From Acidimicrobiia bacterium (GTDB taxonomy: Bacteria; Actinomycetota; Acidimicrobiia; Spongiisociales; ZC4RG35), in assembly GCA_965203555.1 (NCBI GenBank), contig CBDBCY010000004.1, positions 1,952,001 to 2,016,000 of the forward strand: 64,000 bases of DNA, read 5' to 3'. Shown here piece by piece: positions 45,851 to 54,905 of the stretch (position 1 is the first letter of the stretch; every line of letters begins with the position of its first letter). The notes under the pieces are model-generated. The model did no database searches. It was not told the DNA's origin and saw only the letters and a program-made list of their open reading frames with translations. Made by a program: the position numbers and the translations under genes.

Positions 45851-46926
45851 GATGATGTTTCTTTGCGATTGGAGACCCCCGCTTGGTCGAACGTGGCCAT
45901 CTGCGCCAGACAGGCAGCGGACGCTTCGACAATCGGCATGGCGAGCACCGCGCCCGTTCCCTCTCCCAGGCGCATGTTGAAATCCAACAAAGGGGCCAAT
46001 CGCAGGTAAGACAACACTGTGGGATGCCCTTGCTCAGCTGACCGGTGGGATGCGATCATGTAGTCGCGCGCCGCGCCGCAGAGACCGTACGCAATGAGAG
46101 CTGAGGCCCCGGAGATAAAACCATCCAGCAGGACTGCACAACGCATGACGGCGGCACCCAGCATGACGCCGGATAGCACGCCGATCTCAAACCCTCCGAT
46201 CTTGGCGAGCACGTCCAGTGGGTCACGGGGATCGGGGGCGTTTACTTTCAATGCTGTTCGAACGACATCGGTCTTATGGTGGATCTGCTCCGGGGTCCGT
46301 CCCGTCCCTGCTCCTGTCGTTTCAACGGGGTGACTACCGGTGATGGCCGCCGTCACTGCGCTGGACGTGGTGGTGTTACCAATGCCCATGTCTCCGGTGG
46401 CGATCAAATTGGCCCCTTGCTCGACCGCCAACTCCACCGCCAGGTTTATACCAGTCTCTACGCAAGACACCGCTTGGTCTCGGGACATGGCGGGACCCCG
46501 GCTGATATCCCCCGTCCCCCTACCCAAGGGAAGGGAACGCAGATTGGGATGAGAGGGCAAAGCATCTGTAGCAATGCCGGCATCCACCACAATCTGATTC
46601 ACCCCCAACAAGTTGGCCATAACACTGACAGCCGCCCCTCCGGCGAGGAAATTCAGAGCCATCTGCGCCGTCACCTCCTGCGGATAGCCTGTGACTCCCT
46701 GGGCAGTGACCCCGTGGTCGGCCACCGCCACGACCACAGCTTTGCCGCGGATCAGGGGACGTTCGTTGCCGAACATGCCCGCCAGCCTGACCGAGATGTC
46801 TTCCAGTATGCCGAGAGCGCCTTCCGGTTTGGTGAGAATCGACTGTCTGGAACGGGCGCGTCGCATCGCTTCCTGGTCGGCGGGGCGGATCCGTTCCACT
46901 GCGTCGGGCAGAGAGAGACGGCGCAT
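45847..46926 (-). CDS. cobT: Nicotinate-nucleotide--dimethylbenzimidazole phosphoribosyltransferase
   Basis: TKPEGALG, ADHGV, GDMGIGNTT, GGFEI, LDGFI, RLGEGTG. Confidence 0.94.
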   Translation of the reverse strand: MRRLSLPDAVERIRPADQEAMRRARSRQSILTKPEGALGILEDISVRLAGMFGNERPLIRGKAVVVAVADHGVTAQGVTGYPQEVTAQMALNFLAGGAAVSVMANLLGVNQIVVDAGIATDALPSHPNLRSLPLGRGTGDISRGPAMSRDQAVSCVETGINLAVELAVEQGANLIATGDMGIGNTTTSSAVTAAITGSHPVETTGAGTGRTPEQIHHKTDVVRTALKVNAPDPRDPLDVLAKIGGFEIGVLSGVMLGAAVMRCAVLLDGFISGASALIAYGLCGAARDYMIASHRSAEQGHPTVLSYLRLAPLLDFNMRLGEGTGAVLAMPIVEASAACLAQMATFDQAGVSNRKETSS

Positions 46927-47185
46927 TAGGGGGCGATACGTTTGCAGGATCGCACTAGCTGCCCGGCGTTGATCGCAAATAGGGACACCGATCTTTTACC
47001 AGACGGCGGGGAGAATTACAAGCTCGTAGTTCCATAGACCTGCTATGGACTCTATTAGGGCCGGCTCTCCAAAACGAAGGCTTGTCCAGTGGTGGTTTGC
47101 GAACCCGAGAGTTTGTCTTGACTTACAGGCCCTTTTGCGATAGCCTTGGCAAGTCCCCTCTCGACGATTCTTCAGGTGTGTAACT

Positions 47186-47320
47186 ATGAAAAGGACCTAC
47201 CAGCCCAAGGTTCGCCGTCGCAAGCGCCGGCACGGATTCCGTCACCGGATGCGTACCCGGGCGGGCCGGGCGGTCCTCCGCTCCCGGCGGCAGAAGGGTC
47301 GCAAACGTCTGGCCGCCTGA
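47186..47320 (+). CDS. rpmH: 50S ribosomal protein L34
   Basis: [44 protein letters not shown] (44 aa; below the ORF-track length cutoff). Confidence 0.96.
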   Translation: MKRTYQPKVRRRKRRHGFRHRMRTRAGRAVLRSRRQKGRKRLAA

Positions 47321-47321
47321 A

Positions 47322-47639
47322 ATAGCGACGTACCAACCACTGCGAACGTCCAAAGACTTTAACTTGGTATTCTCGCGAGGCAAGCGATGCCGGGTAGGCG
47401 GCATTACAGTTTTTTGGGCGCCAGGCGAGGCTGGCAAGCCCAGGATCGGCCTGGTGGCCAGTCGCCGGGTGGGCAAAGCTGTGGTGCGCAACCGGGTCAA
47501 GCGGCGGTTGCGCGCGGCCTTGGTGGAGGTTGACCCGGTATCGGGTGGCGATTATGTAATCGTGGCAAGCAGGCAAGTGGCGGAAGCTTCCTTCCTGAAG
47601 ATCGTGGGATGGTTGACGGACGCGCTTGGACAACGGTAA
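47322..47639 (+). CDS. rnpA: Ribonuclease P protein component
   Basis: LRTSKDFNLVFSRGKR, RIGLVASRRVGKAVVRNRVKRRLR. Homology extends upstream of TTG 47364, so the start is uncertain. Confidence 0.88.
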   Translation: MATYQPLRTSKDFNLVFSRGKRCRVGGITVFWAPGEAGKPRIGLVASRRVGKAVVRNRVKRRLRAALVEVDPVSGGDYVIVASRQVAEASFLKIVGWLTDALGQR

Positions 47640-47642
47640 GTG

Positions 47643-47918
47643 ATGATGAGCAGACAAATCGAACGGACAGGCCCCGGCACGACAGCAAGGGTTTTATTGA
47701 AGGCGTTGGCTTTTTATCAGCGGTCGATAAGCCCGGCATTTGGACGGCGTTGTCGATATCTGCCTACTTGTTCAGAATACGCAACGACCTCTGTGGAACG
47801 ATTCGGCGTATGGCGAGGACTCGCTATGGCGGTTGGTCGCCTCTTGCGATGCCAGCCTTTTGGGTCAAGCGGGTTTGATCCCGTTCCGCCTGCCAACCGG
47901 GGCGCCGAATCGTGTTAG
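47643..47918 (+). CDS. yidD: Membrane protein insertion efficiency factor
   Basis: YQRSISP, CRYLPTCSEY, RLLRCQPF..G.DPVP. Confidence 0.92.
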   Translation: MMSRQIERTGPGTTARVLLKALAFYQRSISPAFGRRCRYLPTCSEYATTSVERFGVWRGLAMAVGRLLRCQPFGSSGFDPVPPANRGAESC

Positions 47919-48781
47919 ACCCATGGTGGACCCTTTGGGATCTTATCAAAGAGGGCCTGGGCTGGTCTCTGGCTACTGCATATGCCTTCATCCCAAACTT
48001 TGGCATAGCGATCATCTTGGTGACGATCGTCATCAACACCCTGCTGTTTCCCCTGACGCTCAAGCAGACGCGATCCAGTCGGGCGATGATGCAAATACAG
48101 CCCGAGCTACAGCGTATCCGCCGGGATTACCGGGATCAGCGGGAAGAGATGCAACGTCGGATGACAGAGTTGCAGCGCAAGCACGGGGCTTCACCCCTGG
48201 GCTGCCTGGGGCCCCTTCTGGTCCAATCACCTATCCTGTTCGCCATTTTCCGGGTGCTCAACGACCCGACCGGCCTGCAAAACGAGTTGTCTCCCGTTCC
48301 ACCTGGGAGTGCCCTTTGGCAGGCGATCCGGGCCGAGGAAGCCACATTCGTGGGAATGGATTTGGGAGTGCCGCCTTCGGAGGCAATCACCGCGGGCATC
48401 GCAGCCGCCATACCCTACTTGGCCACCATGGTCGCCATGATCGCAATTCAATATATCCAGCAGTGGTATACACAGCGTGACCAGGTAGCGGCGGGAGGAG
48501 ACCGACAAAGGCGACAGATGCAGATGTTCACCCGCATCATGCCGCTGTTCTTGGGATTCATCTCCTGGAACTTTCCTGCTGGACTGCTGCTCTACTGGAC
48601 TACCTCGAACCTGGTTCGCCTGGGACAGCAAATAATGATCAACTGGATGGACGGGCGCCCGGAGCCTCCGCCAGCGATCACCAAGGAGGACAAGCCGGAT
48701 TCGGGAGGTTCCTCATCATCCTCCTCCCCACCACACCCCCGATCGGCTAAGAAATCAAGGAGGAGGAAGAGGAGGAACTAA
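47912..48781 (+). CDS. yidC: Membrane protein insertase YidC
   Basis: FGIAIILVT, PLTLKQ, QPEL, GCLGPLLVQ, PAGLLLYW. Confidence 0.92.
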   Translation: MLDPWWTLWDLIKEGLGWSLATAYAFIPNFGIAIILVTIVINTLLFPLTLKQTRSSRAMMQIQPELQRIRRDYRDQREEMQRRMTELQRKHGASPLGCLGPLLVQSPILFAIFRVLNDPTGLQNELSPVPPGSALWQAIRAEEATFVGMDLGVPPSEAITAGIAAAIPYLATMVAMIAIQYIQQWYTQRDQVAAGGDRQRRQMQMFTRIMPLFLGFISWNFPAGLLLYWTTSNLVRLGQQIMINWMDGRPEPPPAITKEDKPDSGGSSSSSSPPHPRSAKKSRRRKRRN

Positions 48782-48785
48782 GAAT

Positions 48786-49595
48786 ATGGAACTAATAGAA
48801 GTAAGGGCCAGAACGGTGGAATTGGCCAAGCAGGCCGTTTTGGAGGAACTGGGCCTAAAGGATGACAACAGGGTGGAGTGGGAAATCCTGCAGGAACCCA
48901 CCAGGGGATTCTTGGGGGTCGGAAGGCAGGACGCCATTGTGACAGGTAAGCGGAAGCCGGCCAAGCGGCGCCGCAGTCGTGGAGGTAGGGGTGGCAGAGG
49001 CGCCAGGGGCAGGGCCGGACGCGACTCCGGCCGCGGGACGAGAAAACCAAGAGGTGGTCGTCCGCCTCAGGCGAAGGGCGGCCAACGCCCAGCAAAGAAA
49101 GCCAACCGAGGTAAGCCGCCAAAGAAGAGACAGCGCGGATCTCTGCAAGAACAGGCCGCGGCGGCCGACGGTTTCTTGACGGGCCTGTTGGAAGCAATCG
49201 GGGTGGATGGAAAGGTCCGTACCCGATACGAAGAAGATTTGATCGTGGCGGAAATCGAGGGACAGGCGACAGAGGTGCTGGTCGGCCAGCGAGGAGGCGG
49301 CATCGAGGCTCTGCACACTATCGCCAAATCTGTGATAAAACGCAAGACTGCCGGGGGGGCGCGGTTGCGTTTGGACATCGCCGGCTATGGCCGCCGTCGC
49401 CGGGAGGCTTTAGCCATCTATGCCACGGGTCTTGTGGAGCAGGTGACAGCCGAGGGCGGAGAGTTGATGCTGGAGCCCATGAACGCCGCAGACCGGAAGG
49501 TCATCCATGACACAGTCTCCAGGCACGATAATGTGCGCTCTTTCTCAGAGGGCGAAGCACCACATCGTTATGTAGTAATAGCTAACACCGGTTAG
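48786..49595 (+). CDS. jag: Jag/KhpB (EloR) RNA-binding protein
   Basis: Jag_N (RTVELA...GFLGVG), KH VGQRG, R3H PMNAADRKVIH, SEGEAPHRYVVI. Confidence 0.92.
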   Translation: MELIEVRARTVELAKQAVLEELGLKDDNRVEWEILQEPTRGFLGVGRQDAIVTGKRKPAKRRRSRGGRGGRGARGRAGRDSGRGTRKPRGGRPPQAKGGQRPAKKANRGKPPKKRQRGSLQEQAAAADGFLTGLLEAIGVDGKVRTRYEEDLIVAEIEGQATEVLVGQRGGGIEALHTIAKSVIKRKTAGGARLRLDIAGYGRRRREALAIYATGLVEQVTAEGGELMLEPMNAADRKVIHDTVSRHDNVRSFSEGEAPHRYVVIANTG

Positions 49596-49602
49596 CGTGA
49601 GG

Positions 49603-49626
49603 GGCGACACGGGTGCGCCGTTTTTT
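49603..49626 (+). terminator. Candidate intrinsic terminator after jag
   Basis: GGCGACACGGGTGCGCC bulged hairpin followed by GTTTTTT. Confidence 0.5.
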
Positions 49627-49654
49627 AGGAGTTGGTTTGTCGGGGTCTGCTCCC

Positions 49655-50506
49655 CTATTGGGCCGTTAGTTTGGCAAATACTCGTTGAAGGTCGTCGACC
49701 GAGTTGAACGTCACCTTTAAGCTGCCCTTTTGATCCCGGTAACTGATGGAAACCGCAAGGCCGAGCTGGTCGGTCAACCGGGTCTCCAATTCAATGATTT
49801 CTGCAGGGCGCGCTTTTCGGGAAGATAGAGATGTTCTCCGGCGTGGCGCCCTGGCCTTGGCTGCCTCCTCTACCCGGCGCACCGTCCACCCTTCCGACAC
49901 GGCCCGTTTGGCTATATGGACGGCATATTTGGGATCTGAAACCGACAACAAGGCGCGGGCGTGTCCAGCAGTCAGCTTACCTGTGTCCAGCAGTTCGAGA
50001 ATTGCGGGAGGAAGGCGCAGCAACCGGATGCTATTGGCCACCGTGGCTCGTCCCTTACCCACCCGATGAGCTACTTCCTGCTGGGTGAGTCCATGGCTGT
50101 CGATAAGCAGTTTGTAGGCGGAAGCCTCTTCGAGGGGGGTTAAGTCTTCCCTTTGGATGTTCTCCACTAAGGCTTGAAGCAGAGAGCTGGTCTCGTCCGC
50201 ATTGCGGATCAGGGCGGGGATAGCCTCGAGGCCTGCTATTTGAGCAGCCCGCCATCGGCGTTCTCCGGAAATGAGGACATAGCCGGTGTCCATCTCCTGA
50301 ACCACGACGGGTTGCAACAGACCCACCTCGATAATTGATCGGGCCAGGCCTCGAAGGGTGTCCTCGCTATAGCGGGTGCGAGGCTGGGATGGGTTGGGCC
50401 GGATCTGATTGACCGGGATCTCCCGGTAAGGCGATCCCGGGGAGGGCTCGCCAGTGGGGATGAGGGTGCTCAGGCCCCGGCCGAGGCCTCCTCTCCTGTT
50501 AGTCAT
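49655..50506 (-). CDS. parB: Chromosome partitioning protein ParB
   Basis: GLGRGL, PNPSQPR, GERRWRA, ENIQREDL, GHARAL. Confidence 0.95.
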   Translation of the reverse strand: MTNRRGGLGRGLSTLIPTGEPSPGSPYREIPVNQIRPNPSQPRTRYSEDTLRGLARSIIEVGLLQPVVVQEMDTGYVLISGERRWRAAQIAGLEAIPALIRNADETSSLLQALVENIQREDLTPLEEASAYKLLIDSHGLTQQEVAHRVGKGRATVANSIRLLRLPPAILELLDTGKLTAGHARALLSVSDPKYAVHIAKRAVSEGWTVRRVEEAAKARAPRRRTSLSSRKARPAEIIELETRLTDQLGLAVSISYRDQKGSLKVTFNSVDDLQRVFAKLTAQ

Positions 50507-51318
50507 CGACTACTGACCATTCTGGATTGGAGTCTGGAATGCAACTCTTCGGCCAGCCTCCGATAAGCGATGGCTCCTCGATTCATGTGATCAAAAATCT
50601 CTATGGGCTCCCCGTAGGAGGCGGCCTCCGCCAGACGGACTCTGCGGGGGATGGATGTGCGAAAGACCGCGGCGCCAAAATAGTCCTTGACTTGTTCGGA
50701 GACTTCCCGGGACAGACGGGTCCGGTAGTCCAGCATGGTGAGCAACACGCCGAGCAATTCCAGGGAGGGATTGAGTGCCGACCTAACCATATCGATGGTG
50801 CGGTGCAATTCAACCAAACCATCCAACGCGTACTGCTCGCACTGCATCGGTATGAGCACGTAGCGGGCTGCCGTAAGTGCGTTGACCGTCAAGAGTCCCA
50901 GAGAAGGAGGGCAATCTATCAGGATGTAGGCATACTGACCCTCCAGCGTGCGCAGAGTATTACGCAAGATCTGCTCGCGTGCCATGAGAGGCACCAATTC
51001 AATGGTGGCGTCGGCAAGGTAACGAGTGGATGGGAGTAGATAAAGATTGCGGACGGGGGTGGGCTCAATGGCATCTTCGACGTCGGCGCCTTTTAGTAGG
51101 ACATCGTAGACGGACACATCGATCTCCTGAGAACTGAGCCCCAGGCCGGCTGTGGCGTTGGCCTGGGGATCCAAGTCAAGCACCAAGACGTTCTCTTGCA
51201 AGCCGGCCAAAGCCGCGCCGAGGTTGACGGATGTGGTGGTCTTGCCTACCCCGCCTTTTTGGTTTGTCACGGCGATCAGCGCGGAGGAGATCATGTTCCG
51301 TCCATGATAAGGAGCCAA
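50503..51318 (-). CDS. parA: Chromosome partitioning ATPase ParA/Soj
   Basis: NQKGGVGKTT, DLDPQAN, DCPPSLG. Start may be 51294. Confidence 0.95.
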   Translation of the reverse strand: MAPYHGRNMISSALIAVTNQKGGVGKTTTSVNLGAALAGLQENVLVLDLDPQANATAGLGLSSQEIDVSVYDVLLKGADVEDAIEPTPVRNLYLLPSTRYLADATIELVPLMAREQILRNTLRTLEGQYAYILIDCPPSLGLLTVNALTAARYVLIPMQCEQYALDGLVELHRTIDMVRSALNPSLELLGVLLTMLDYRTRLSREVSEQVKDYFGAAVFRTSIPRRVRLAEAASYGEPIEIFDHMNRGAIAYRRLAEELHSRLQSRMVSSR

Positions 51319-51911
51319 ACCGGAGAACCTAGGATACTTGCGGGAACTTCCTGGACGCGGTATCCCCGAACGTTTGGCCGGGCGCGGTGGGAGCCGCCGA
51401 CAGCGGCGGCTCCGGAGGTGGCTAGCAAACGAACAAGGTCCGGGCGGAGGGTTGTCGGGGAACCAACGGCCCTGCAGACTATGAAATCAGCTGGGGATGT
51501 CCATTCCCGCAGTTGGGCGGTGACCACGTTGACATTGTCAAGACGAAGCAGACGGACAGCTCGTCGCGCGAGATCGGTGCGACGGGAGGATCTGTCCAAG
51601 AGGGTGACTTGGGTATTGGGCCAGGCGATTGCCAGGGGCAGCCCCGGAAGCCCAACGCCGGCGCCCACGTCCAGGAGGGAGGAAGGAGGGTCGGTCGAGC
51701 TTTTCCAGGCGGAAGCGAACAGGAGAGAATCGGCCAAGTGCCGGGTGTAGACCACCCGGCCTTCGGAAGGACCGAGGCCGCCGCCGGGAATGGCTTCCTT
51801 TACCAGCCAGTCGGCCAGGCCTCCCAGGAGCGCGAGTTGGGGATGGTCCAGGGGAAGGCCTGCCCACCGGGCGGCCCGCCTCAACACCGGCCAGTCGCTT
51901 CGGCGGCTCAA
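51291..51911 (-). CDS. rsmG: 16S rRNA m7G527 methyltransferase
   Basis: RHLADSL, DVGAGVGLPGLPLAI, VCRAV; upstream of parA. Confidence 0.88.
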   Translation of the reverse strand: MSRRSDWPVLRRAARWAGLPLDHPQLALLGGLADWLVKEAIPGGGLGPSEGRVVYTRHLADSLLFASAWKSSTDPPSSLLDVGAGVGLPGLPLAIAWPNTQVTLLDRSSRRTDLARRAVRLLRLDNVNVVTAQLREWTSPADFIVCRAVGSPTTLRPDLVRLLATSGAAAVGGSHRARPNVRGYRVQEVPASILGSPVWLLIMDGT

Positions 51912-51920
51912 GGCGTACGG

Positions 51921-51936
51921 TGTTTCACGTGAAACA
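51921..51936. promoter_or_regulatory. parS site (perfect palindrome)
   Basis: TGTTTCACGTGAAACA. Confidence 0.95.
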
Positions 51937-51995
51937 TCACAGATTGCGCATTCTCAAGTCAGGTTAAGCAGGGAAGGGCGACCACAAAGCGCCAG

Positions 51996-52011
51996 TGTTC
52001 CATGTGAAACA
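51996..52011. promoter_or_regulatory. parS site (two mismatches)
   Basis: TGTTCCATGTGAAACA. Confidence 0.85.
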
Positions 52012-52187
52012 CTTGATAAGCACGAGCTATAGGCTCATTTCGCGTGGTTCCAGGCTCACCCCAAACTGACATTCTGCAAGAGGCGACGGTTCAGTCCCCT
52101 TAAGCCCCGGGCAGGGCACTTTGCTAAAACAACAGTCATGTAGTTTGTCGTGGCAATAGTGTAGGACTGCCGGGGAGGTTCGTTGGG

Positions 52188-53150
52188 TCATGTGACCGAA
52201 GTTCGGAAGAAGTCTTGCAGCCCGGTAACCGCCGCCTCGCCGGTTGCAGCGCCCAAGTCGGGTACGGCGACGACGACGGCGGGGGAACGGGTCTCCTTCA
52301 GCATGGCTGTCGCCTGCCCTTCGGTCTCCAATGACATGGCCTCCGCAATATAGGATGCGATCAGCTTTCCTGCCACGCTGTGGCTTATCGGTGAGGCGAA
52401 ATAGTTGATTATGCCGGGTGGGCGGTCCGCCAACTGGAACGAGATAATCAAGTCGGCGCCCATCCGGTTGGCTCTTTGGGCACGGACCCTTTCTGGGATG
52501 GTGCTGTCTACCCCTCGGGACAAAACGGGTGTACCACCTCTTTGTTGGAGAGCTACAGAAGCGGCGGCGGCGGCCTCCCAACTGACGGCAGCCTCCTTCT
52601 GGGTCCGGCAAGCCGGATCGAAATAGACGCGGGCGCCGACCAGGGTGGCTGGGCGGGTACGCAGCCACTCCCTCTCCCGGAGCGTCACTCGACCGGCTCT
52701 CATTGATCCCCGTGCTACGAGGCGCAGTTCGGTAATCACCTCCGGGCCGGAAACGCCATCAATGGCCAAGGCTCGGTTAAGCTGGAAATCCCGAAGGCCT
52801 CTTTCGGTCTGCGGACCGAAGATCCCGTCATGTTTACCTGTGTCGAACCCGAGGGCATCCAGACGACTTTGTAACTCTGCAACGTCATCGCCTCGCAGCA
52901 TGGGTCGTCGCAAGAACAGGAGGCGGTCTCCCAGGCGATATCCGGCCTCGTACAGGGCGCGCCAACAGTCCTGACCGACCACGCCATCAACGGGAAGCCC
53001 GCGGTCGCCCTGAAAAGCCCTGACCGCGGCGAGGGTGGCCTCGCCGAACTCGCCCGGCGGGTCCTTATCAGAATTGTGACCCAGCGCCGCCAGACGTTCC
53101 TGTATATCTCGCACTCCCTCTCCAGTGCTCCCTAGCTGAAAGCGGCGCAT
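52188..53150 (-). CDS. CwlM-like peptidoglycan-binding protein with degenerate Amidase_3 domain
   Basis: Two PG-binding domains (VRAFQ..RGL.VDGVVG; RGDDVAELQ.RL..LGF), YRLGDRLL; position after trxA. Confidence 0.85.
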   Translation of the reverse strand: MRRFQLGSTGEGVRDIQERLAALGHNSDKDPPGEFGEATLAAVRAFQGDRGLPVDGVVGQDCWRALYEAGYRLGDRLLFLRRPMLRGDDVAELQSRLDALGFDTGKHDGIFGPQTERGLRDFQLNRALAIDGVSGPEVITELRLVARGSMRAGRVTLREREWLRTRPATLVGARVYFDPACRTQKEAAVSWEAAAAASVALQQRGGTPVLSRGVDSTIPERVRAQRANRMGADLIISFQLADRPPGIINYFASPISHSVAGKLIASYIAEAMSLETEGQATAMLKETRSPAVVVAVPDLGAATGEAAVTGLQDFFRTSVT

Positions 53151-53238
53151 CTAATTCCCTGCTGATGGCGGAAGAACGACCTTCTCTCAATCAGGATAGA
53201 ACAAGAGCCACAGGCCGCGCGGCAACCTCGAAGAGGGC

Positions 53239-53562
53239 TTAGAGGTGTTCTTTGATGTTCTTGTAAAGCCAGGCTTTCGGGCGTGCGCCCACTATCCGTT
53301 GTACCTCCTGGCCGTTCTTGAACAGAATCAGAGTAGGTATGCTCATCACGCCGTAACTGGCGGGAGACTGGGGATTGTCGTCGATGTTCAGCTTCGCAAC
53401 AGTGAGCTTGTCGGGGTTCTCTGCTGCCAAAGCCTCGAGATGGGGGGCGACCAGTCGGCAGGGCCCGCACCACTCGGCCCAGAAGTCAACCAGCACCGGG
53501 CGGTCGCCCGAGATGACATCTTGGAAATTCTGGTCGCTGATAGTGAGCAGGTTGTTTGCCAT
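53239..53562 (-). CDS. trxA: Thioredoxin
   Basis: VDFWAEWCGPC, SIPTL. Confidence 0.95.
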   Translation of the reverse strand: MANNLLTISDQNFQDVISGDRPVLVDFWAEWCGPCRLVAPHLEALAAENPDKLTVAKLNIDDNPQSPASYGVMSIPTLILFKNGQEVQRIVGARPKAWLYKNIKEHL

Positions 53563-53591
53563 CGATTTTGATCCTTTCTCGGCGGGCCGAC

Positions 53592-54527
53592 TCAAAGCCC
53601 GAGTGTATTTTGCAAGTAATGGTCTGCGTCCAAGGCGGCTTGGCACCCGGTGCCCGCCGCGGTGACGGCTTGACGATAGACCGAGTCAGCTACGTCTCCG
53701 GCAGCAAACACACCCGGCACGGAAGTAGCGGTCCCGCCTGGGTTGGGAAGGGCTATGTAGCCGCGTTCGTCCAATTCTACCCACTCCTGGAAGAGGTCGG
53801 TGTTCGGCCGGTGACCGATGGCAACAAAGACCCCGTCGACGGGTCGATGCCGAGCCTCACCGCTGATGGTGTCCACCAGAGTGGCCCCGGTCACATGCTC
53901 GTCACCGTGTATCACCTCAAGGACGGTGTTCCATTCCACCCGTATCCTGGGATTGGCCAGGGCCCGCCGGGCCATGATGGCCGAGGCGCGAAATTCATCT
54001 CTGCGATGAACGATCGTCACCGAGGAGGCGAACTTGGTGAGGAACAGGGACTCCTCCATAGCGGAGTCGCCGCCCCCTATCACCAAGAGTTCCTTGTCCT
54101 TAAAGAAGAACCCGTCACAGGTAGCGCAGGCCGAGACGCCCCTTCCAGTGAGACGTTCTTCGCCGGGAATGCCGAGCCATTTGGCGCTGGCGCCGGTGGC
54201 GATGATCACGCTATGGGCCAAGTGGACACCGCCGTTGGCGGTAACTGCGAACGGCGAGGCGGAAAAGTCCACCGAAGTGGCGTCTTCCATCATGAGGTCA
54301 GCGCCGAATCGCTCCGCCTGAGCCCGGAATTTGTCCATGATCTCCGGTCCCAGTATTCCATCGGGGAAACCCGGATAGTTCTCCACGTCCGTAGTGATCA
54401 TCAATTGGCCGCCAGGTGAGCTGCCCTCCAACACCAGAGGCGCCAACTCGGCGCGGGCGGCATACAGGGCCGCGGTGTATCCGGCCGGCCCTCCGCCGAT
54501 GATGAGAACTTTGTGAACGTTGGTCAA
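53592..54527 (-). CDS. trxB: Thioredoxin reductase
   Basis: [26 protein letters not shown]; TTG start overlapping the upstream stop. Confidence 0.95.
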   Translation of the reverse strand: MTNVHKVLIIGGGPAGYTAALYAARAELAPLVLEGSSPGGQLMITTDVENYPGFPDGILGPEIMDKFRAQAERFGADLMMEDATSVDFSASPFAVTANGGVHLAHSVIIATGASAKWLGIPGEERLTGRGVSACATCDGFFFKDKELLVIGGGDSAMEESLFLTKFASSVTIVHRRDEFRASAIMARRALANPRIRVEWNTVLEVIHGDEHVTGATLVDTISGEARHRPVDGVFVAIGHRPNTDLFQEWVELDERGYIALPNPGGTATSVPGVFAAGDVADSVYRQAVTAAGTGCQAALDADHYLQNTLGL

Positions 54528-54859
54528 CTGGGGCCTCTCGAAGGCGTGCGTCCCTTGTTCCATATAAACAATCCGGCGATCAACAATAGTCCCCCCAGCA
54601 CAGCCAAAGAACCGGCCGGCCCCAGCCAGATCGACAGTGCCCGGTGAGCGGCAACCAACAGAAAGATCAGACCAACAGATACAAGCACCAGCAAAACGAG
54701 AAGAAACAGAGCGGTCCGGATCCAATTCTCCAGCCGGTCGGCGGTCAGGGCTCGAACGCGGCCGGCGGCCGATTCCAAAGCATCGGCGAATCGAGTCGGA
54801 AAGTCATCCAGTTGCACGATTTCAAAGAGGCTAGCGTGATCGAGCAGCAAGGCTTGCAA
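54524..54859 (-). CDS. Hypothetical two-TM membrane protein
   Basis: Two hydrophobic helices; stop overlaps the trxB start. Start uncertain. Confidence 0.6.
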   Translation of the reverse strand: MQALLLDHASLFEIVQLDDFPTRFADALESAAGRVRALTADRLENWIRTALFLLVLLVLVSVGLIFLLVAAHRALSIWLGPAGSLAVLGGLLLIAGLFIWNKGRTPSRGPS

Positions 54860-54905
54860 GTTATGTGCAACGTGTACTTTGCTTACACAACGCTAACAGG
54901 GCTTA

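Noticed and set aside
46927-47185. Cobalamin riboswitch upstream of cobT
   Set aside because: No B12-box or conserved core seen; only a short CCATAG/CTATGG inverted repeat.
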